Source: Hymenobacter sp.
GTDB lineage: Bacteria > Bacteroidota > Bacteroidia > Cytophagales > Hymenobacteraceae
Direction: 5' to 3'
DNA: 64,000 nt
Assembly: GCA_025353905.1 (NCBI GenBank)
Contig: JANXNW010000268.1
Location: 15,251-79,250, forward strand
Every line of letters begins with the position of its first letter. Positions within the stretch are counted from its first letter, which is position 1. The notes below the pieces were generated by a model. The model did not search any database, had not been told where the DNA came from, and was given only the letters and a program-made list of their open reading frames with translations. Shown piece after piece: positions 18,196 through 29,064 of the stretch. Position numbers and translations under genes: made by a program.

Positions 18196-21189
18196 GTGGC
18201 TTTATTGAATCTGTTTTCCCTTATCAATCAGAAATTAAGCGGAAGCTGGCTCGTAGCCGTGGCTGCCCTGACGCTGCTGGCCGCCGGCCCGCCCGCCGCC
18301 CACGCCCAAACCCGACCGGGCCAAACCAACCCGAAGCCGCCCGCCCGCCCGCCGGTGCGCAACCTCAACCTCGACCCCAACGCGCCCCAGAGTCCGCCGC
18401 CGCCCGGCGAAATCAACCGCGGGCAAGGCTCGGTGCCGGGCGTGCAGCGGCGGCCGGCACCGGGCACGCCACCTGACGACGCCGCCGATGCCACCCCGGC
18501 CGTGGCCGTGGCCGACACCAGCCGCCGGGTGCGCGACTCGCTCAACGTGGTGCTGCTCAAGCGCCGCTCGCAGGTCGAAACCACGGTGAAGTACAAGGCC
18601 CAAGACTCGATTCAGTTCGACATTCCGACCAAAACGGCCCGGCTCTACAACAAAGCGGCCGTGGACTACGGCTCGACGATGAACCTCAAGGCGGGGCTGA
18701 TAACGGTGAACTACGGCACGAACACCGTGCAGGCGGCCGGCCGGCGCGACACGCTCAAGCACAAGATGGGCGACTTGCCGCTGTTCCGCGACGGCTCGGG
18801 CACGTATTCGGCGGGGCGCATCGCGTATAATTTCAAAAGCAAAAAGGGTAAAATCAGCGACGTGGTGAGCCAGCAGGGCGAGGGCTACGTGCACGCCGAG
18901 ACGGTGAAAAAGCTGGCCGACAACACCACCTATGGGCGCACCGGCACCTACACGACCTGCAACCTGGCCCACCCGCACTTCTACATCGCGGCTCCCAAGA
19001 TGAAGGTTATTCCGGGGGAGAAAATCATTACCGGGCCGTTTCACTTCGTGATTGGCGACGTGCCGCTGCCCATCGGCCTGCCGTTTGGCTACTTCCCCAC
19101 GCCGAAAGGCGGGCGCGGCTCGGGCTTTATCCTGCCTACTTTCGGGCAGGGCGCGCAGCGGGGCCTGAACCTGACCAACGGGGGCTACTACTGGGCCCCG
19201 AACGACTACATTGGGGTGCGGCTCACGGGCGACATCTACGCCGGCGTCGGGTCGCGCTTCGGTGGCTTCGGGCTGAACGGCGAGCTTACGTATCGGCGGC
19301 GCTACAAGTACCAGGGCAGCTTCCGGCTCAGCTTCGCCCAGCAGCCGGCCACGGTGTTCGTGGCCCCCACGGTGGGTGCCGACCCGCCCTCGGCGCTGGC
19401 CACGTCCATCAACACGTACTGGATAAGCTGGAGCCACTCGCCGACGCCGCTGCCCGGCGGAGGCGTGTTTCAGGCCAGCGTGCAGGCCGGCAGCTCGCGC
19501 TACAACGCCCTCAACACGCTCAATACCCGGCAGCTGCTCTCGGCGGCTTTCAGCTCGACGGTGAGCTACAGCAAGCAGTCGCGCCGGCTGCCCATCAACT
19601 ACACCATCCAACTGGCCCAGACCCAGAACGTGCAGAACGGGCAGCAGACGTTCACGCTGCCCAACGTCAACCTGACCGTGGCCCGGCAGTACCCTTACCA
19701 GCTGTTTACGCGCGAGTCGCGCGGGGCCTGGTACGAGCAGTTTGCGGTGAGCTACAGCCTGGTGGCCCAGAATCAGCTCAGCTCGCTGGTGCCGGCCCGG
19801 TCGCTGGCCGGCGACGTGCCGCTGCTCGGCGGCAGCAGCAGCACGTTTAATATTCCGCTGAGCCTGCGCAACCTGCCGGCGCTGCTGCGCAACGCCCAGA
19901 GCGGGATGCAGCACCAGTTTCAGATAACGCTGCCCTCGGCCGCGCTGCTCAACCGCCACATCCAGGTGCAGCCCAGCGTGAGCTACGGCGAGACGTGGTA
20001 CCCGCAGCGGCTGGAATTCAAGTTTCGGCCCCTGGCCCGCGCCATTGAAATCGATACGGTGCGCCGTTTCAGCCGGGCCTATTCGTATTCGGCCAACGTG
20101 GCGGCGACGACTAATTTCTACGGCACGGTGCAGGTTAAGGGCGACCACTTCGTGAAAGCCATCCGCCACAAAGTGACGCCGAGCCTAGCCTACAGCTTCT
20201 CGCCCGACTTGCAGAACTCGTTCAATGGCATTGACCGGCTGAATTCAGAACGTCTTCAGCAGGCGTACACCGGGCGGCTGCTCGACCCGCGCCAGTTTTC
20301 GCGCTACCAGGGCTTCGTGTACGGGGCTTCGGGCAGCGCCCGCGTGAGCGCCCTCTCGCTGAGTGTGCAGAATTCGATTGAGATGAAAGTGCGCAACAAG
20401 CGCGACACGACCGGCACCGAGCCCACGCGCAAAATCAGCCTGGCCGACGGCCTGGACTTCAACCTGAACTACAATTTCGCCGCCCAGACCGACCCCAAGC
20501 AGCCGCTGGCCGCCAACGCGCTCTCGCCGCTCAACCTCAACTACCGGGTGCAGATTGCCAAAAAGCTCAACGTGACGGCTTCGTCGTCGTTCTCCTTTTA
20601 TCAGCGCGACTCGACCGGGCGCGAGCTGCTCAACCAGTACCTGTTGCAGGCGGGCAGCCGGCGCCTGGCCCGCCTGCTCAACGCCGACCTGAGCCTGACT
20701 TACCAGTTCAACCCCGCCGCCCGGCCCCGCAGCAAGGCCAACATTCCGCGAGCCGTGGCACCCGGCAACGACCCCACCCTGGGCGCGCCCCTGCCCCAAG
20801 CCATCTACGCCGACTACATCGACTTCGATATTCCGTGGGAAGCCAGCCTGAGCTACACGGCGGGCTACAGCACGGCCAGCGCCCCGCTGCGGGTACTCCG
20901 CCCGGGGGTGCCCGCCCCGCCGCTGCTGGCCCGCAACGCCATCACGGTCAGCGGCTCGATTAAGCTCACGCCCGATTTCCGCTTCAGCACCAGCCTGAAC
21001 TACGATTTCAGCAACTCAAACCTGGTCTATCCCAGCCTGAACGTGTACCGCGACCTGCACTGCTGGCAGATTTCCGGCTTCTGGGTTCCGGCCGGCGCGC
21101 TGCGCAGCTACAACGTGACCATCGCCGCCAAAAGCACCTTGTTGCAGGATTTGAAATTGACCCGCAACCGGACGCTGTTGAACAGGTAG
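18196..21189 (+). CDS. lptD: Putative LPS assembly protein LptD (Bacteroidota type)
   Basis: YKAQDSI, YNFKSKKGKI, YTTCNLAHPHF, C-terminal RDLHCWQ...LQDLKL. Divergent from the amidase. Confidence 0.85.
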   Translation: MALLNLFSLINQKLSGSWLVAVAALTLLAAGPPAAHAQTRPGQTNPKPPARPPVRNLNLDPNAPQSPPPPGEINRGQGSVPGVQRRPAPGTPPDDAADATPAVAVADTSRRVRDSLNVVLLKRRSQVETTVKYKAQDSIQFDIPTKTARLYNKAAVDYGSTMNLKAGLITVNYGTNTVQAAGRRDTLKHKMGDLPLFRDGSGTYSAGRIAYNFKSKKGKISDVVSQQGEGYVHAETVKKLADNTTYGRTGTYTTCNLAHPHFYIAAPKMKVIPGEKIITGPFHFVIGDVPLPIGLPFGYFPTPKGGRGSGFILPTFGQGAQRGLNLTNGGYYWAPNDYIGVRLTGDIYAGVGSRFGGFGLNGELTYRRRYKYQGSFRLSFAQQPATVFVAPTVGADPPSALATSINTYWISWSHSPTPLPGGGVFQASVQAGSSRYNALNTLNTRQLLSAAFSSTVSYSKQSRRLPINYTIQLAQTQNVQNGQQTFTLPNVNLTVARQYPYQLFTRESRGAWYEQFAVSYSLVAQNQLSSLVPARSLAGDVPLLGGSSSTFNIPLSLRNLPALLRNAQSGMQHQFQITLPSAALLNRHIQVQPSVSYGETWYPQRLEFKFRPLARAIEIDTVRRFSRAYSYSANVAATTNFYGTVQVKGDHFVKAIRHKVTPSLAYSFSPDLQNSFNGIDRLNSERLQQAYTGRLLDPRQFSRYQGFVYGASGSARVSALSLSVQNSIEMKVRNKRDTTGTEPTRKISLADGLDFNLNYNFAAQTDPKQPLAANALSPLNLNYRVQIAKKLNVTASSSFSFYQRDSTGRELLNQYLLQAGSRRLARLLNADLSLTYQFNPAARPRSKANIPRAVAPGNDPTLGAPLPQAIYADYIDFDIPWEASLSYTAGYSTASAPLRVLRPGVPAPPLLARNAITVSGSIKLTPDFRFSTSLNYDFSNSNLVYPSLNVYRDLHCWQISGFWVPAGALRSYNVTIAAKSTLLQDLKLTRNRTLLNR

Positions 21190-21218
21190 TTGGATGAGGG
21201 ATGAGGGACTCCATTCGG

Positions 21219-21752
21219 TCATCCAAACAAAAACTTCTCTTCGCACACGAACCGCTCACCTTCCGGGCGCAACAAGGTCAGGTTGTTGATTTCCAGCGCC
21301 AGGTTGTAGGTGTGCGAGTTGAGGAAGCGCAGCACGGGGCCGAGCAGCTCGGGCGTGGTGTCGTGCAGGGCGAGCGAAATATGGGGCAGCCACAGCGCCG
21401 GCTCGCTGAACTTGTCGGTGCGGGAGCACAGCGGTCCGGCCGCGTCGAGCACCCGGTGGTGCAGGGCATTGAGCGCGTCGGAGCGCAAAACCGGGATGTA
21501 GATAACCGGGCTCTCGCCCGGAAACATGCCCAGTCCAGTGGCGTGGGCGGTGAAGGTTTTCATGTCGGCCGTGATGCGGCGCAACGCTGTCTTGAGCACA
21601 TCTAAGTCAGCCGGCTCTACGATTTGGTAGGTCAGGTGCGGGTCGGGCGTGGCCTGCACGTCGTCGAGGCCAAACTCCGTTTCGAGGCTCTTGATGAGGC
21701 CGTTGATGAAATCGGCCGACGGCGAGGTAAGCAGCGTAGTGATGGCGAACAT
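21219..21752 (-). CDS. 2H phosphoesterase / 2'-5' RNA ligase family protein
   Basis: Two HxT/S motifs, PHLTY and PHISL. Confidence 0.85.
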   Translation of the reverse strand: MFAITTLLTSPSADFINGLIKSLETEFGLDDVQATPDPHLTYQIVEPADLDVLKTALRRITADMKTFTAHATGLGMFPGESPVIYIPVLRSDALNALHHRVLDAAGPLCSRTDKFSEPALWLPHISLALHDTTPELLGPVLRFLNSHTYNLALEINNLTLLRPEGERFVCEEKFLFG

Positions 21753-21910
21753 AGAAGATTTTTGGCGGTTGGCGGATGACTTTCGGCTAACGAAAGTACC
21801 CGGCGAACAACTGAAATCGGGCGGCAAATGTGTTGCCTCGCAATGCTTACTGCCAACCCCAACGGGGTTTCGTAGCAGAGCCGGTTATCCAGCGTCATCC
21901 GAAAAAAACC

Positions 21911-24361
21911 TCAATCGTCGGCATCCTTCCGCGCGGCGACGGGCCGCACGAACGCGCCGCGCCGGGGCGGGGGCATGACCGACGTTTCGCCGCGCACCGA
22001 CTTCCAGACCACCTCGTTCAGGTCGCGGTCGGGCACGGCGTCTTCGCGGGTGAGGTCGAACTTGGCCGAGCGCTCGGCCGAGCGGTTGCGGGCCGTGTTG
22101 CGGTCATCGAGCGGCACCAGGGCCGGGCGGACTTTGTAGGGCAAGGGCTGGGGGGCGGCCTGAAACACCCGAAACAGCGGCGTGGCTGCCGCGTCGTACT
22201 GGCTCATCGGCGGCAAGCCCAGAATCAATTCCATCGTGCGCATCATGCCCGAGGTGGTGTAGAGGGTGTGGTCCACGAAGTTGCGGCGCACGTGGGGGCC
22301 GATGACGAAGGCCGGCGAGCGGTGGGCGTCCACGTGGTCGGAGCCGTTCTGGGCGTCGTCTTCGAGCACGAACACCACCGACTCACCCCAGATTTTGCTT
22401 TTTGACAAGTGCTCCACGAGCTGGCCCAGGGCGAGGTCGTTGTCGGCCACGGCCGCCGTGGGCGTGATTTCGCCCAGCCGCTGCCCGCTCGTGTGGTCGT
22501 TGCTGAGCCGAATCGTGCTCAGGGCCGGCACTTGATTAAGGGCCAGCAGCGAGTCGAAGTCCTGAGCCCAGATGCGCACCCGCTCGCGGTCGGTTATTTT
22601 CATGTCGAAGCCCGGCGCTTTGGGGCAAATATGGCCCTTGAGCGAGGCCAGCGGCGTGGTGCCGTTTTCGGCAAATTCGCCGTACGAGCGGTAGCTCAGC
22701 CCGGCCCGCTGGCAATAGTCCCAGATGAAACCGTCGCGCGGGTAGGCCGCCCGGCGGGTGCCCTCGAAGTCGTAGTTGCCGCCGCGCCCGCCGTAGCTGG
22801 TGGGCCAGGTTTTTTCCACGAAATCGGTGGCGTAGGCGGCCGTGCTCCAGTTGTGGCCGTCGGCGCTGACCTCGGCATCGACGTAAAAATTATCCAGCAG
22901 TACGAACTCGCCGGCCAGCGCGTGGGCGTTGGGCGTGACGCGGCGCGGGAAGATGCAGAGCGTCGAGTCGCCGTTGCCGGCCGCCACGTCGCCGAATACC
23001 TGGTCGTAGGTGCGGTTTTCGCGGATGACGTAGAACACGTGCTTGATGGGCGACTTCTCCCCCATTTGGCGCGGGACCGGGTTGCCGACTTCGCCGTCGG
23101 CTTGCTGCTCGATTTCGGCCGTGTAGGGCGTGTTGGTATAAACCTGCTTGGAATACGCCGTGAGCCGGGCCGCGTCAGGCACCGGAATCAACGAGAGCGT
23201 ACCCTTGAACAGCCCGCCGATGTACTGCACCTCGGCCCGCGGGGTGCTGCCCGCCTGGTAGGCGCTGTTGTCAATTTTCTTGATGGGCTGCGGCCCGCGC
23301 GGGTTGGGCAAGCTCGTGAAGCCTTTGCCGTTGGCCACCAGTATTTTCTGACCAGCGACGCGGACGCAGGTCGGGTACCAGCCGGTCGGAACAAACCCTT
23401 TCGAAACGCTTTTACCCGGCACGCTCACGTCGAACACGGCCAGGCAATTGTTGTCGGCGTTGGCGATGTAGAGCGTTTTTTCGTCCGCCGACAAGGCCAG
23501 CCCGTTCGTGGTCGAGCCCGTGAGCTTGGTCGGATAGAGCGTCGTGGCCAGCGTTTCCAGCACTTTGCCGGTCCGCGTGTCGAACACCGACACCGAGTTG
23601 TCGTTGGCGTTGGCCACGAAAACCAGTCGCCCATCGCGGCGCTGAATCAGCTCGTTGGGGTGGCTGCCCACGGCAATTGAGGCCCGAATTTTCCCCGTCG
23701 TCAGGTCGCAGGCCAGCAGCTTATCGCCGCCCCAGAGACTGACGTAGAGCGTTTTGCCGTCGGCGCCCAACAAACAAGCGTAGGCTTCGGCCCCCAGGCG
23801 CAGGCGGCCGGTGCGCTGGCGGGTGCGCAAATCGAAGGTATAGAGGCTCGAATCCTCTTTCGTCACGACGTAGAGCCGGCCGCGCGCATCATCGACGGCC
23901 AGGCCGGTGGGGCCGATTTTAACTTTTGGCCAGCTCGCCGGGCCCAGCCGCAGCGTGTCGGCCGGGCCGAGCTGGCCGGCCGCCACCGGGTAATCGAGCA
24001 CGAGGTTGTCGTTGCCCCCGCTGGCGTAGAGCCGCGTCCCGGCCGCGTTGAACTCCAGCCCGTACCAGCACTTGCGAATAACTTTCGTGTCGAGCACTTT
24101 CGCCGTGAGCGGGTCGATGAGCTGTACGCTCTGCGTGCTCTGCCCGCAGTTGAGCACGGCCAGCAGCTTGCCGCCGGGCGCGAGCTGCATGTTGAGCGGC
24201 AAATCGCCGAGCGGCAGGCTCGTACCAGCCGGCGTGAGGCTCCAGCCATTGGGCAGCAGGATTTTGGGGGCCGCGGGCGCGTTGGTCGGCGTAATAGCTG
24301 GTCGTTGGGCCAGCGCGGGCGCGGTCAGCAGGGCGACGCCGGCGAGCAGAAGGTGCTTCAT
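21911..24361 (-). CDS. YncE beta-propeller / alkaline-phosphatase-like phosphoesterase fusion
   Basis: Signal peptide and YVTN-like blades; KHVFYVIRENRTYDQVFGD, SADGHNWS, EDDAQNGSDHVDAHRS. Confidence 0.9.
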   Translation of the reverse strand: MKHLLLAGVALLTAPALAQRPAITPTNAPAAPKILLPNGWSLTPAGTSLPLGDLPLNMQLAPGGKLLAVLNCGQSTQSVQLIDPLTAKVLDTKVIRKCWYGLEFNAAGTRLYASGGNDNLVLDYPVAAGQLGPADTLRLGPASWPKVKIGPTGLAVDDARGRLYVVTKEDSSLYTFDLRTRQRTGRLRLGAEAYACLLGADGKTLYVSLWGGDKLLACDLTTGKIRASIAVGSHPNELIQRRDGRLVFVANANDNSVSVFDTRTGKVLETLATTLYPTKLTGSTTNGLALSADEKTLYIANADNNCLAVFDVSVPGKSVSKGFVPTGWYPTCVRVAGQKILVANGKGFTSLPNPRGPQPIKKIDNSAYQAGSTPRAEVQYIGGLFKGTLSLIPVPDAARLTAYSKQVYTNTPYTAEIEQQADGEVGNPVPRQMGEKSPIKHVFYVIRENRTYDQVFGDVAAGNGDSTLCIFPRRVTPNAHALAGEFVLLDNFYVDAEVSADGHNWSTAAYATDFVEKTWPTSYGGRGGNYDFEGTRRAAYPRDGFIWDYCQRAGLSYRSYGEFAENGTTPLASLKGHICPKAPGFDMKITDRERVRIWAQDFDSLLALNQVPALSTIRLSNDHTSGQRLGEITPTAAVADNDLALGQLVEHLSKSKIWGESVVFVLEDDAQNGSDHVDAHRSPAFVIGPHVRRNFVDHTLYTTSGMMRTMELILGLPPMSQYDAAATPLFRVFQAAPQPLPYKVRPALVPLDDRNTARNRSAERSAKFDLTREDAVPDRDLNEVVWKSVRGETSVMPPPRRGAFVRPVAARKDADD

Positions 24362-24454
24362 GCGCACAAAGGTGCGAACCCAGCATTACCCGAAAGTGAA
24401 GTCGAAGCGCGTGGCGGCGGGGCGGGCGGCAAGACTCTCCTTGCATAGTCCCGC

Positions 24455-25261
24455 CTACGAAGCCGCCCCCGGCCCGCCAGCCAGCGCGGCCGTGGCCCGG
24501 CGCTCATCGAGCAGGCGCGAGGCGTAGCCCGCATCGGACTTGTAAATGAACAGGCAAGAGCCCCCCCGCACGGCCTCGATAATTGGCGCGTACTGGTCGA
24601 GGGGCAGGGCCGGGCAGCCGAGGCTGCGGCCGAGGCGGCCGTTCTGGCGGATGAATTTCTCGCTCACGTAATCGGCCCCGTGCATGACGACGGCGCGCGC
24701 TTCGGCGTTGGTATTGAAGCCCTCGTCCTGGCCCAGTAACCGCAGCGAGCGGCCGTGCTTGCCCTCGTAGGGCTGGCCCGTCACGTAAAAGCCCAGGCTG
24801 CTCATGTTGCTCTCGTTGGTGTTCGAGAACTGGGTCGCCGTGTTTTCGCCCGAATTGTGGCCGTGGGCTACCAGGGTATGAAACAGAATTTTATCCTCGG
24901 CCAAATCGAGCACCCACAGGCGTTTGTCGGTGCTGGGCAGGTCGAAGTCCACCACCGCGAGGCGGGGCTGGTCGGCGAGCCGGCCGGCCTGGCGCAGGTT
25001 GAGGTAGCCCGTCATGGCCCGGCTGAACACCTCGTAGCGCAGGCCCTGGCTGGCCGCCCCGAGGCGCTCGTAGGTGCGGCGCAGATGGCCGTCGAGCAGC
25101 GAAACAGACGCCACCGCGGGCCGGGCCGGGCTGAGCCGGAGCGCACCAGCCAGCGGCGTAGCCAGCAACAGCGAGGCCACGAAGGGCAGTACCCGCCGGG
25201 CGAAACGCTGACGGCGACTGAGGCGCTGGCGCCGTACGACGCTGGGATGGGGATGGTGCAT
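24455..25261 (-). CDS. Murein L,D-transpeptidase catalytic domain family (YkuD_2)
   Basis: KRLWVLDL, VAHGHNSG, SSLGFY, VVMHGADYV...GRSLGCPAL. Confidence 0.92.
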   Translation of the reverse strand: MHHPHPSVVRRQRLSRRQRFARRVLPFVASLLLATPLAGALRLSPARPAVASVSLLDGHLRRTYERLGAASQGLRYEVFSRAMTGYLNLRQAGRLADQPRLAVVDFDLPSTDKRLWVLDLAEDKILFHTLVAHGHNSGENTATQFSNTNESNMSSLGFYVTGQPYEGKHGRSLRLLGQDEGFNTNAEARAVVMHGADYVSEKFIRQNGRLGRSLGCPALPLDQYAPIIEAVRGGSCLFIYKSDAGYASRLLDERRATAALAGGPGAAS

Positions 25262-25493
25262 ACTTACAGAAATGTGGGCCGAGCCGCTGAAAAAGGACCT
25301 TACCCGCCGCTATCTACGTACTCCGAACGTCTAAGGTAGCCCCAAATGGCGGGCCCGCGCCAAATAATTCCGGCAAGAGGGAGGCGCGGACCGCCGGGGT
25401 ACCTTTGCGGGGCGGCCTGCGTCGCCCGTTTTTCGCTCGTTTTTTCGGCCGCCGGGCGCGGCTTTTTTTGATATTTCCAAGTTGCTTTATCTC

Positions 25494-27449
25494 ATGGCAA
25501 AAGTCGCCATCAACCTCGCCACCGGCGCTATTCAGCAAGACGAGCTCATCGTGGGCATCGACCTGGGCACCACCAACTCGCTCGTGGCCTACGTGCACCC
25601 CGAAACCCGGCAGCCGGCCGCCATCAACGACCTGGGGCGCGGGGTGCTCGTGCCCTCGGTCATTCACTTTCCGCCCGACGGCTCGTCGCCGCTCGTGGGC
25701 TCCGAGGCGAAGGATTTTTTGCTCTCTGACCCCGCCCATACCATTTATTCGGTGAAGCGGCTGCTGGGCAAAAGCTACCGCGACCTGGCCGGGCACGCCG
25801 GGGAGCTGGGCTATAAAGTGATTGATGACGACATTGAGGGCCTGGTGAAGGTGCGCGTCGGCGAGCGGTTTTATTCGCCCATCGAGCTCTCGGCCGACAT
25901 CCTGCGCGAGCTGCGCCAGCGCGCCGAGCACGCCCTGAAAACGCCCGTGCGCCGGGCCGTCATCACCGTGCCGGCTTATTTCAACGACTCGCAGCGCCAG
26001 GCCACGCGCGATGCCGGCCGGCTGGCGGGCTTGGAGGTATTGCGCATCGTGAACGAGCCTACTGCCGCCGCCCTCGCCTACGGCCTGGGCCTGGACCCCG
26101 AAGAAACCAAGACCCGGGCCAAAACCGTGGCCGTGTACGACCTGGGTGGTGGCACCTTCGACGTGAGCATCCTGCGCCTGCACCAGGGCATTTTCGAGGT
26201 GCTCAGCACCCACGGCGACACCTGGCTCGGCGGCGACGACATGGACCGGGCCGTGGTCAATTTCTGGCAGGAAAAGTTTCAGCTTTCGCCTGATTTTCAG
26301 CGCGTCCCGGGCCTGCAGCAGCAGCTGCGCCTGGCCGCCGAAATGGCCAAGCGCTACCTCAGCCAGCACGACGACTTCACGACCCAGCTGCTCGACCAGG
26401 CCGATAACGTAACCGTCGTCACGCTGACCCGGGCTGAGTTCGACGAGCTGATTGAGCCGCTCATTCAGCGCACCCTGGCCGCCTGCCGCCAGGCGCTGGC
26501 TGATGCGGGGCTAGTTATTGGCAGTCAGTTGTCAGTTGCCAGTGAAAAAAAAGGGCCGGCCCTGACAACTGACAACCAACAACTGATAACTAAACTCGAT
26601 GCCGTGCTGCTCGTCGGCGGCTCGACCCGCGTGCCGCGCGTGTACGAGGCCGTATCGGCGTTTTTCGGCCAGCCGGCGAATAACTCGCTCAACCCCGACG
26701 AGGTGGTGGCGCTGGGCGCGGCCGTGCAGGCCGACATCCTGGCCGGCAACCGCCGCGACGTGCTGCTGCTCGACGTGACACCGCTCACGCTGGGCATCGA
26801 AACGCTGGGCGGCCTGCTCGACCCCATTATTCCGCGCAACTCGAAGATTCCGACCCGCGCCGGCCGGCAGTACACGACGAGCGTGGACGGCCAGGTGAAC
26901 CTGAAAATCAGCGTTTACCAGGGCGAGCGCGACTTGGTGAGCGAGAACCGCAAGCTCGGCGAGTTCGTGCTCAGCGGCATCCCGGCCATGCCCGCCGGAT
27001 TGCCCAAAATCGATGTGAATTTCTCGCTCAACGCCGACGGCATCCTGCGCGTGGAGGCCGTTGAGCTGCGCTCCGGCACCCGGCAAGATGTCGAAATCAA
27101 GCCCCAGTACGGCCTGACCGACAACCAGGTGGAGCAAATGCTGATGGACTCGCTCACCCACGCCCAGCAGGACGTAGCCGCCCGCCTGCTCATCGAAGCC
27201 CGCACCGCCGCCGAGCAGCTGCTCTACCAGGTCGGACGCTTCCTCACCAAAAACGCCGACCTGCTCAGCGCCGCCGAAACTGCTGCTACCGAAGCCAAAG
27301 CTGCCGAGCTGCGCCAGACCCTGACCGCCACCGCCCGCGACCTCATCCTCCAGCAGATGGACGCGCTCGACGAGCTGACCCGCCCCTTCGCCGAGCGCGT
27401 GATGAACGAGAGCATTCAGCGGGCGATGGCGGGGAAGCGGATTGGGTGA
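25494..27449 (+). CDS. hscA: Hsp70-family Fe-S assembly chaperone HscA
   Basis: [72 protein letters not shown]. Carries a repeat-derived insert. Confidence 0.88.
   Translation: MAKVAINLATGAIQQDELIVGIDLGTTNSLVAYVHPETRQPAAINDLGRGVLVPSVIHFPPDGSSPLVGSEAKDFLLSDPAHTIYSVKRLLGKSYRDLAGHAGELGYKVIDDDIEGLVKVRVGERFYSPIELSADILRELRQRAEHALKTPVRRAVITVPAYFNDSQRQATRDAGRLAGLEVLRIVNEPTAAALAYGLGLDPEETKTRAKTVAVYDLGGGTFDVSILRLHQGIFEVLSTHGDTWLGGDDMDRAVVNFWQEKFQLSPDFQRVPGLQQQLRLAAEMAKRYLSQHDDFTTQLLDQADNVTVVTLTRAEFDELIEPLIQRTLAACRQALADAGLVIGSQLSVASEKKGPALTTDNQQLITKLDAVLLVGGSTRVPRVYEAVSAFFGQPANNSLNPDEVVALGAAVQADILAGNRRDVLLLDVTPLTLGIETLGGLLDPIIPRNSKIPTRAGRQYTTSVDGQVNLKISVYQGERDLVSENRKLGEFVLSGIPAMPAGLPKIDVNFSLNADGILRVEAVELRSGTRQDVEIKPQYGLTDNQVEQMLMDSLTHAQQDVAARLLIEARTAAEQLLYQVGRFLTKNADLLSAAETAATEAKAAELRQTLTATARDLILQQMDALDELTRPFAERVMNESIQRAMAGKRIG
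26512..26593. repeat. Inverted heptamer (cagttgt/ctgacaa) array inside hscA, in frame
   Basis: tagttat tggcagt cagttgt cagttgc ... ctgacaa ctgacaa ccaacaa ctgataa cta. Confidence 0.85.
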
Positions 27450-27451
27450 GC

Positions 27452-27588
27452 GCTCTGCGGCCCTCTGCGGCTAAACCTCTGCGCCCTCTGCGTGAACTTC
27501 CCGAACGGCTTTGACTTCCACGTGTAATAGACCGTTCAGGAAGTTCACGCAGAGGGCGCAGAGGTTCAGCCGCAGAGGGCCGCAGAGC
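27452..27588. repeat. Palindromic element of CTCTGCG/CGCAGAG ~9-mer units
   Basis: Inverted arms of about 57 bp at 27452-27508 and 27532-27588 with 2 mismatches. A degenerate relative lies near 3851-3888. Confidence 0.88.
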
Positions 27589-27639
27589 AAAATGAACCGT
27601 AAAAACTGTTTGGTTTGCAGCGTAATTTCTTTTTTTGAG

Positions 27640-28914
27640 TTGAGAGTCCTCCACACCGCCGACTGGCACCTGGGCCAGCATTTTCTTTCCGGGCAGGAGC
27701 GCCTGAGCGAGCAGCGTGCTTTTCTCGACTGGCTCGTGCAAACCATTGACGAGCAAGAGGTAAAAGCGCTGGTGCTGGCCGGCGACGTGTTCGACTCGAC
27801 CACGCCCTCGCACGCGGCGCAGGAGCTGTACTACGATTTTCTGGTGCGGATGCAGGGCACCGGCTGCCGCGACATCGTTATCGTGGGCGGCAACCACGAC
27901 TCGCCGACGCTGCTCAACGCCAGCCGCCGGCTGCTGCGGGCGTTGCGCGTACACGTGGTGGGCGGCGCGCCCCCGGACCCCGCCGAGCAGCTTATCGCCC
28001 TGCCCGGCCTGTTGGTGGTGGCCGTGCCGTTTCTGCGCGAGCGCGACCTGCAAGCCGCCGCGCCCGGCGAAACCCCGGAAGCGCGGCAGGCGCGGGTACG
28101 GGCCAGCATCGCCGGCCACTACCAGACGCTGGGTGAGCACGATACGCTGCGCCGCCACCGCGAAACCGACGCGCCGGTGCTGGCCACCGGCCACCTCTAC
28201 GCGGCCGGCGGCGAGGCCCGCGAGGGCGCCGAACGCGACGTGCACGTGGGCGGGCTGGGCGTGGTCGGGGCCGAACACTTCCCGGCCGCATTCGACTACG
28301 TGGCGCTGGGCCACCTGCACCGGCCGCAGGTGGTGGGCGGGCAAAGCCACATTCGCTACTCAGGCTCGCCGGTGCCGTTGTCGTTCACCGAGGCCGACGA
28401 CCGGCAGCAGGTGCTGCTGCTCGACTTTGGGCCGGGGGCCGGGCCGCCCGCCCTGACGGCGCTGGCGGTGCCCGTCACGCGACGGCTCCAGCGCTTTCAC
28501 GGCGAGCTCGACGCGGTGGAGGCCGCCATTTTAGCGTTTGATAACGAAGCGTTTAGCCTCATCGCCTGGGCCGACGTGCTGGTGCGCTCCGATGACGCGC
28601 CGGCCGTGGTGCAGCGCCGGATACAGGCCGCCTTGCAGGAGCGCCGCACCCACGTGCTGGCTCCGCGCGGGGTGCGCCACCAGCGCCTGAGCGAGCTGCC
28701 CGACGTGCTGCTCGATAGCCTTCGGGGCGGGGTCGGGCCGGTTGAGCACCTGCACCATTTGTCGGTCGAGGACGTGTTTCAGCGGCGCGTGGCGGGCCTG
28801 CCGCCCGAACGCGCTCAGGCCCTCACGGCCACCTTCCAGGAGCTGCGCCAGCTGCTGGCCGAAGCCGACCCGCTGGCCTGGGGCGGCGAGGCAGAGCCTG
28901 GCTCCGGGTTATAG
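27640..28914 (+). CDS. sbcD: Exonuclease SbcD
   Basis: LHTADWHLG, LAGDVFD, GGNHDS, ATGHL, DYVALGHLH, RYSGSP. TTG start assumed. Confidence 0.95.
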   Translation: MRVLHTADWHLGQHFLSGQERLSEQRAFLDWLVQTIDEQEVKALVLAGDVFDSTTPSHAAQELYYDFLVRMQGTGCRDIVIVGGNHDSPTLLNASRRLLRALRVHVVGGAPPDPAEQLIALPGLLVVAVPFLRERDLQAAAPGETPEARQARVRASIAGHYQTLGEHDTLRRHRETDAPVLATGHLYAAGGEAREGAERDVHVGGLGVVGAEHFPAAFDYVALGHLHRPQVVGGQSHIRYSGSPVPLSFTEADDRQQVLLLDFGPGAGPPALTALAVPVTRRLQRFHGELDAVEAAILAFDNEAFSLIAWADVLVRSDDAPAVVQRRIQAALQERRTHVLAPRGVRHQRLSELPDVLLDSLRGGVGPVEHLHHLSVEDVFQRRVAGLPPERAQALTATFQELRQLLAEADPLAWGGEAEPGSGL

Positions 28915-29064
28915 TGTCGTAGCCTACCGCAGTTTCGGAACCCGCGTAGCGGCGGCAAACCTGTGCATGGGCTCCCAAACTGCGGGCGGGCGGGTCGCGG
29001 CGACCCGCAAATATTCCCGCCCACCTTCGCGTCTGCCGCGGGGGTAGGCGTATTTTTGTCCGTT

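Noticed and set aside
18235-20169. Long antisense ORFs (644 aa here; also 28924-30732, 22409-23680, 42171-43493, 47917-49149)
   Set aside because: They are shadows of well-supported genes on the opposite strand, expected in GC-rich DNA, and carry no motifs.
27511-27639. N-terminal extension of SbcD (similarly SbcC from 28963 and Wzz from 38785)
   Set aside because: Read-through of repeat or antisense sequence. Family-typical starts lie at 27640, 29065 and 39208.
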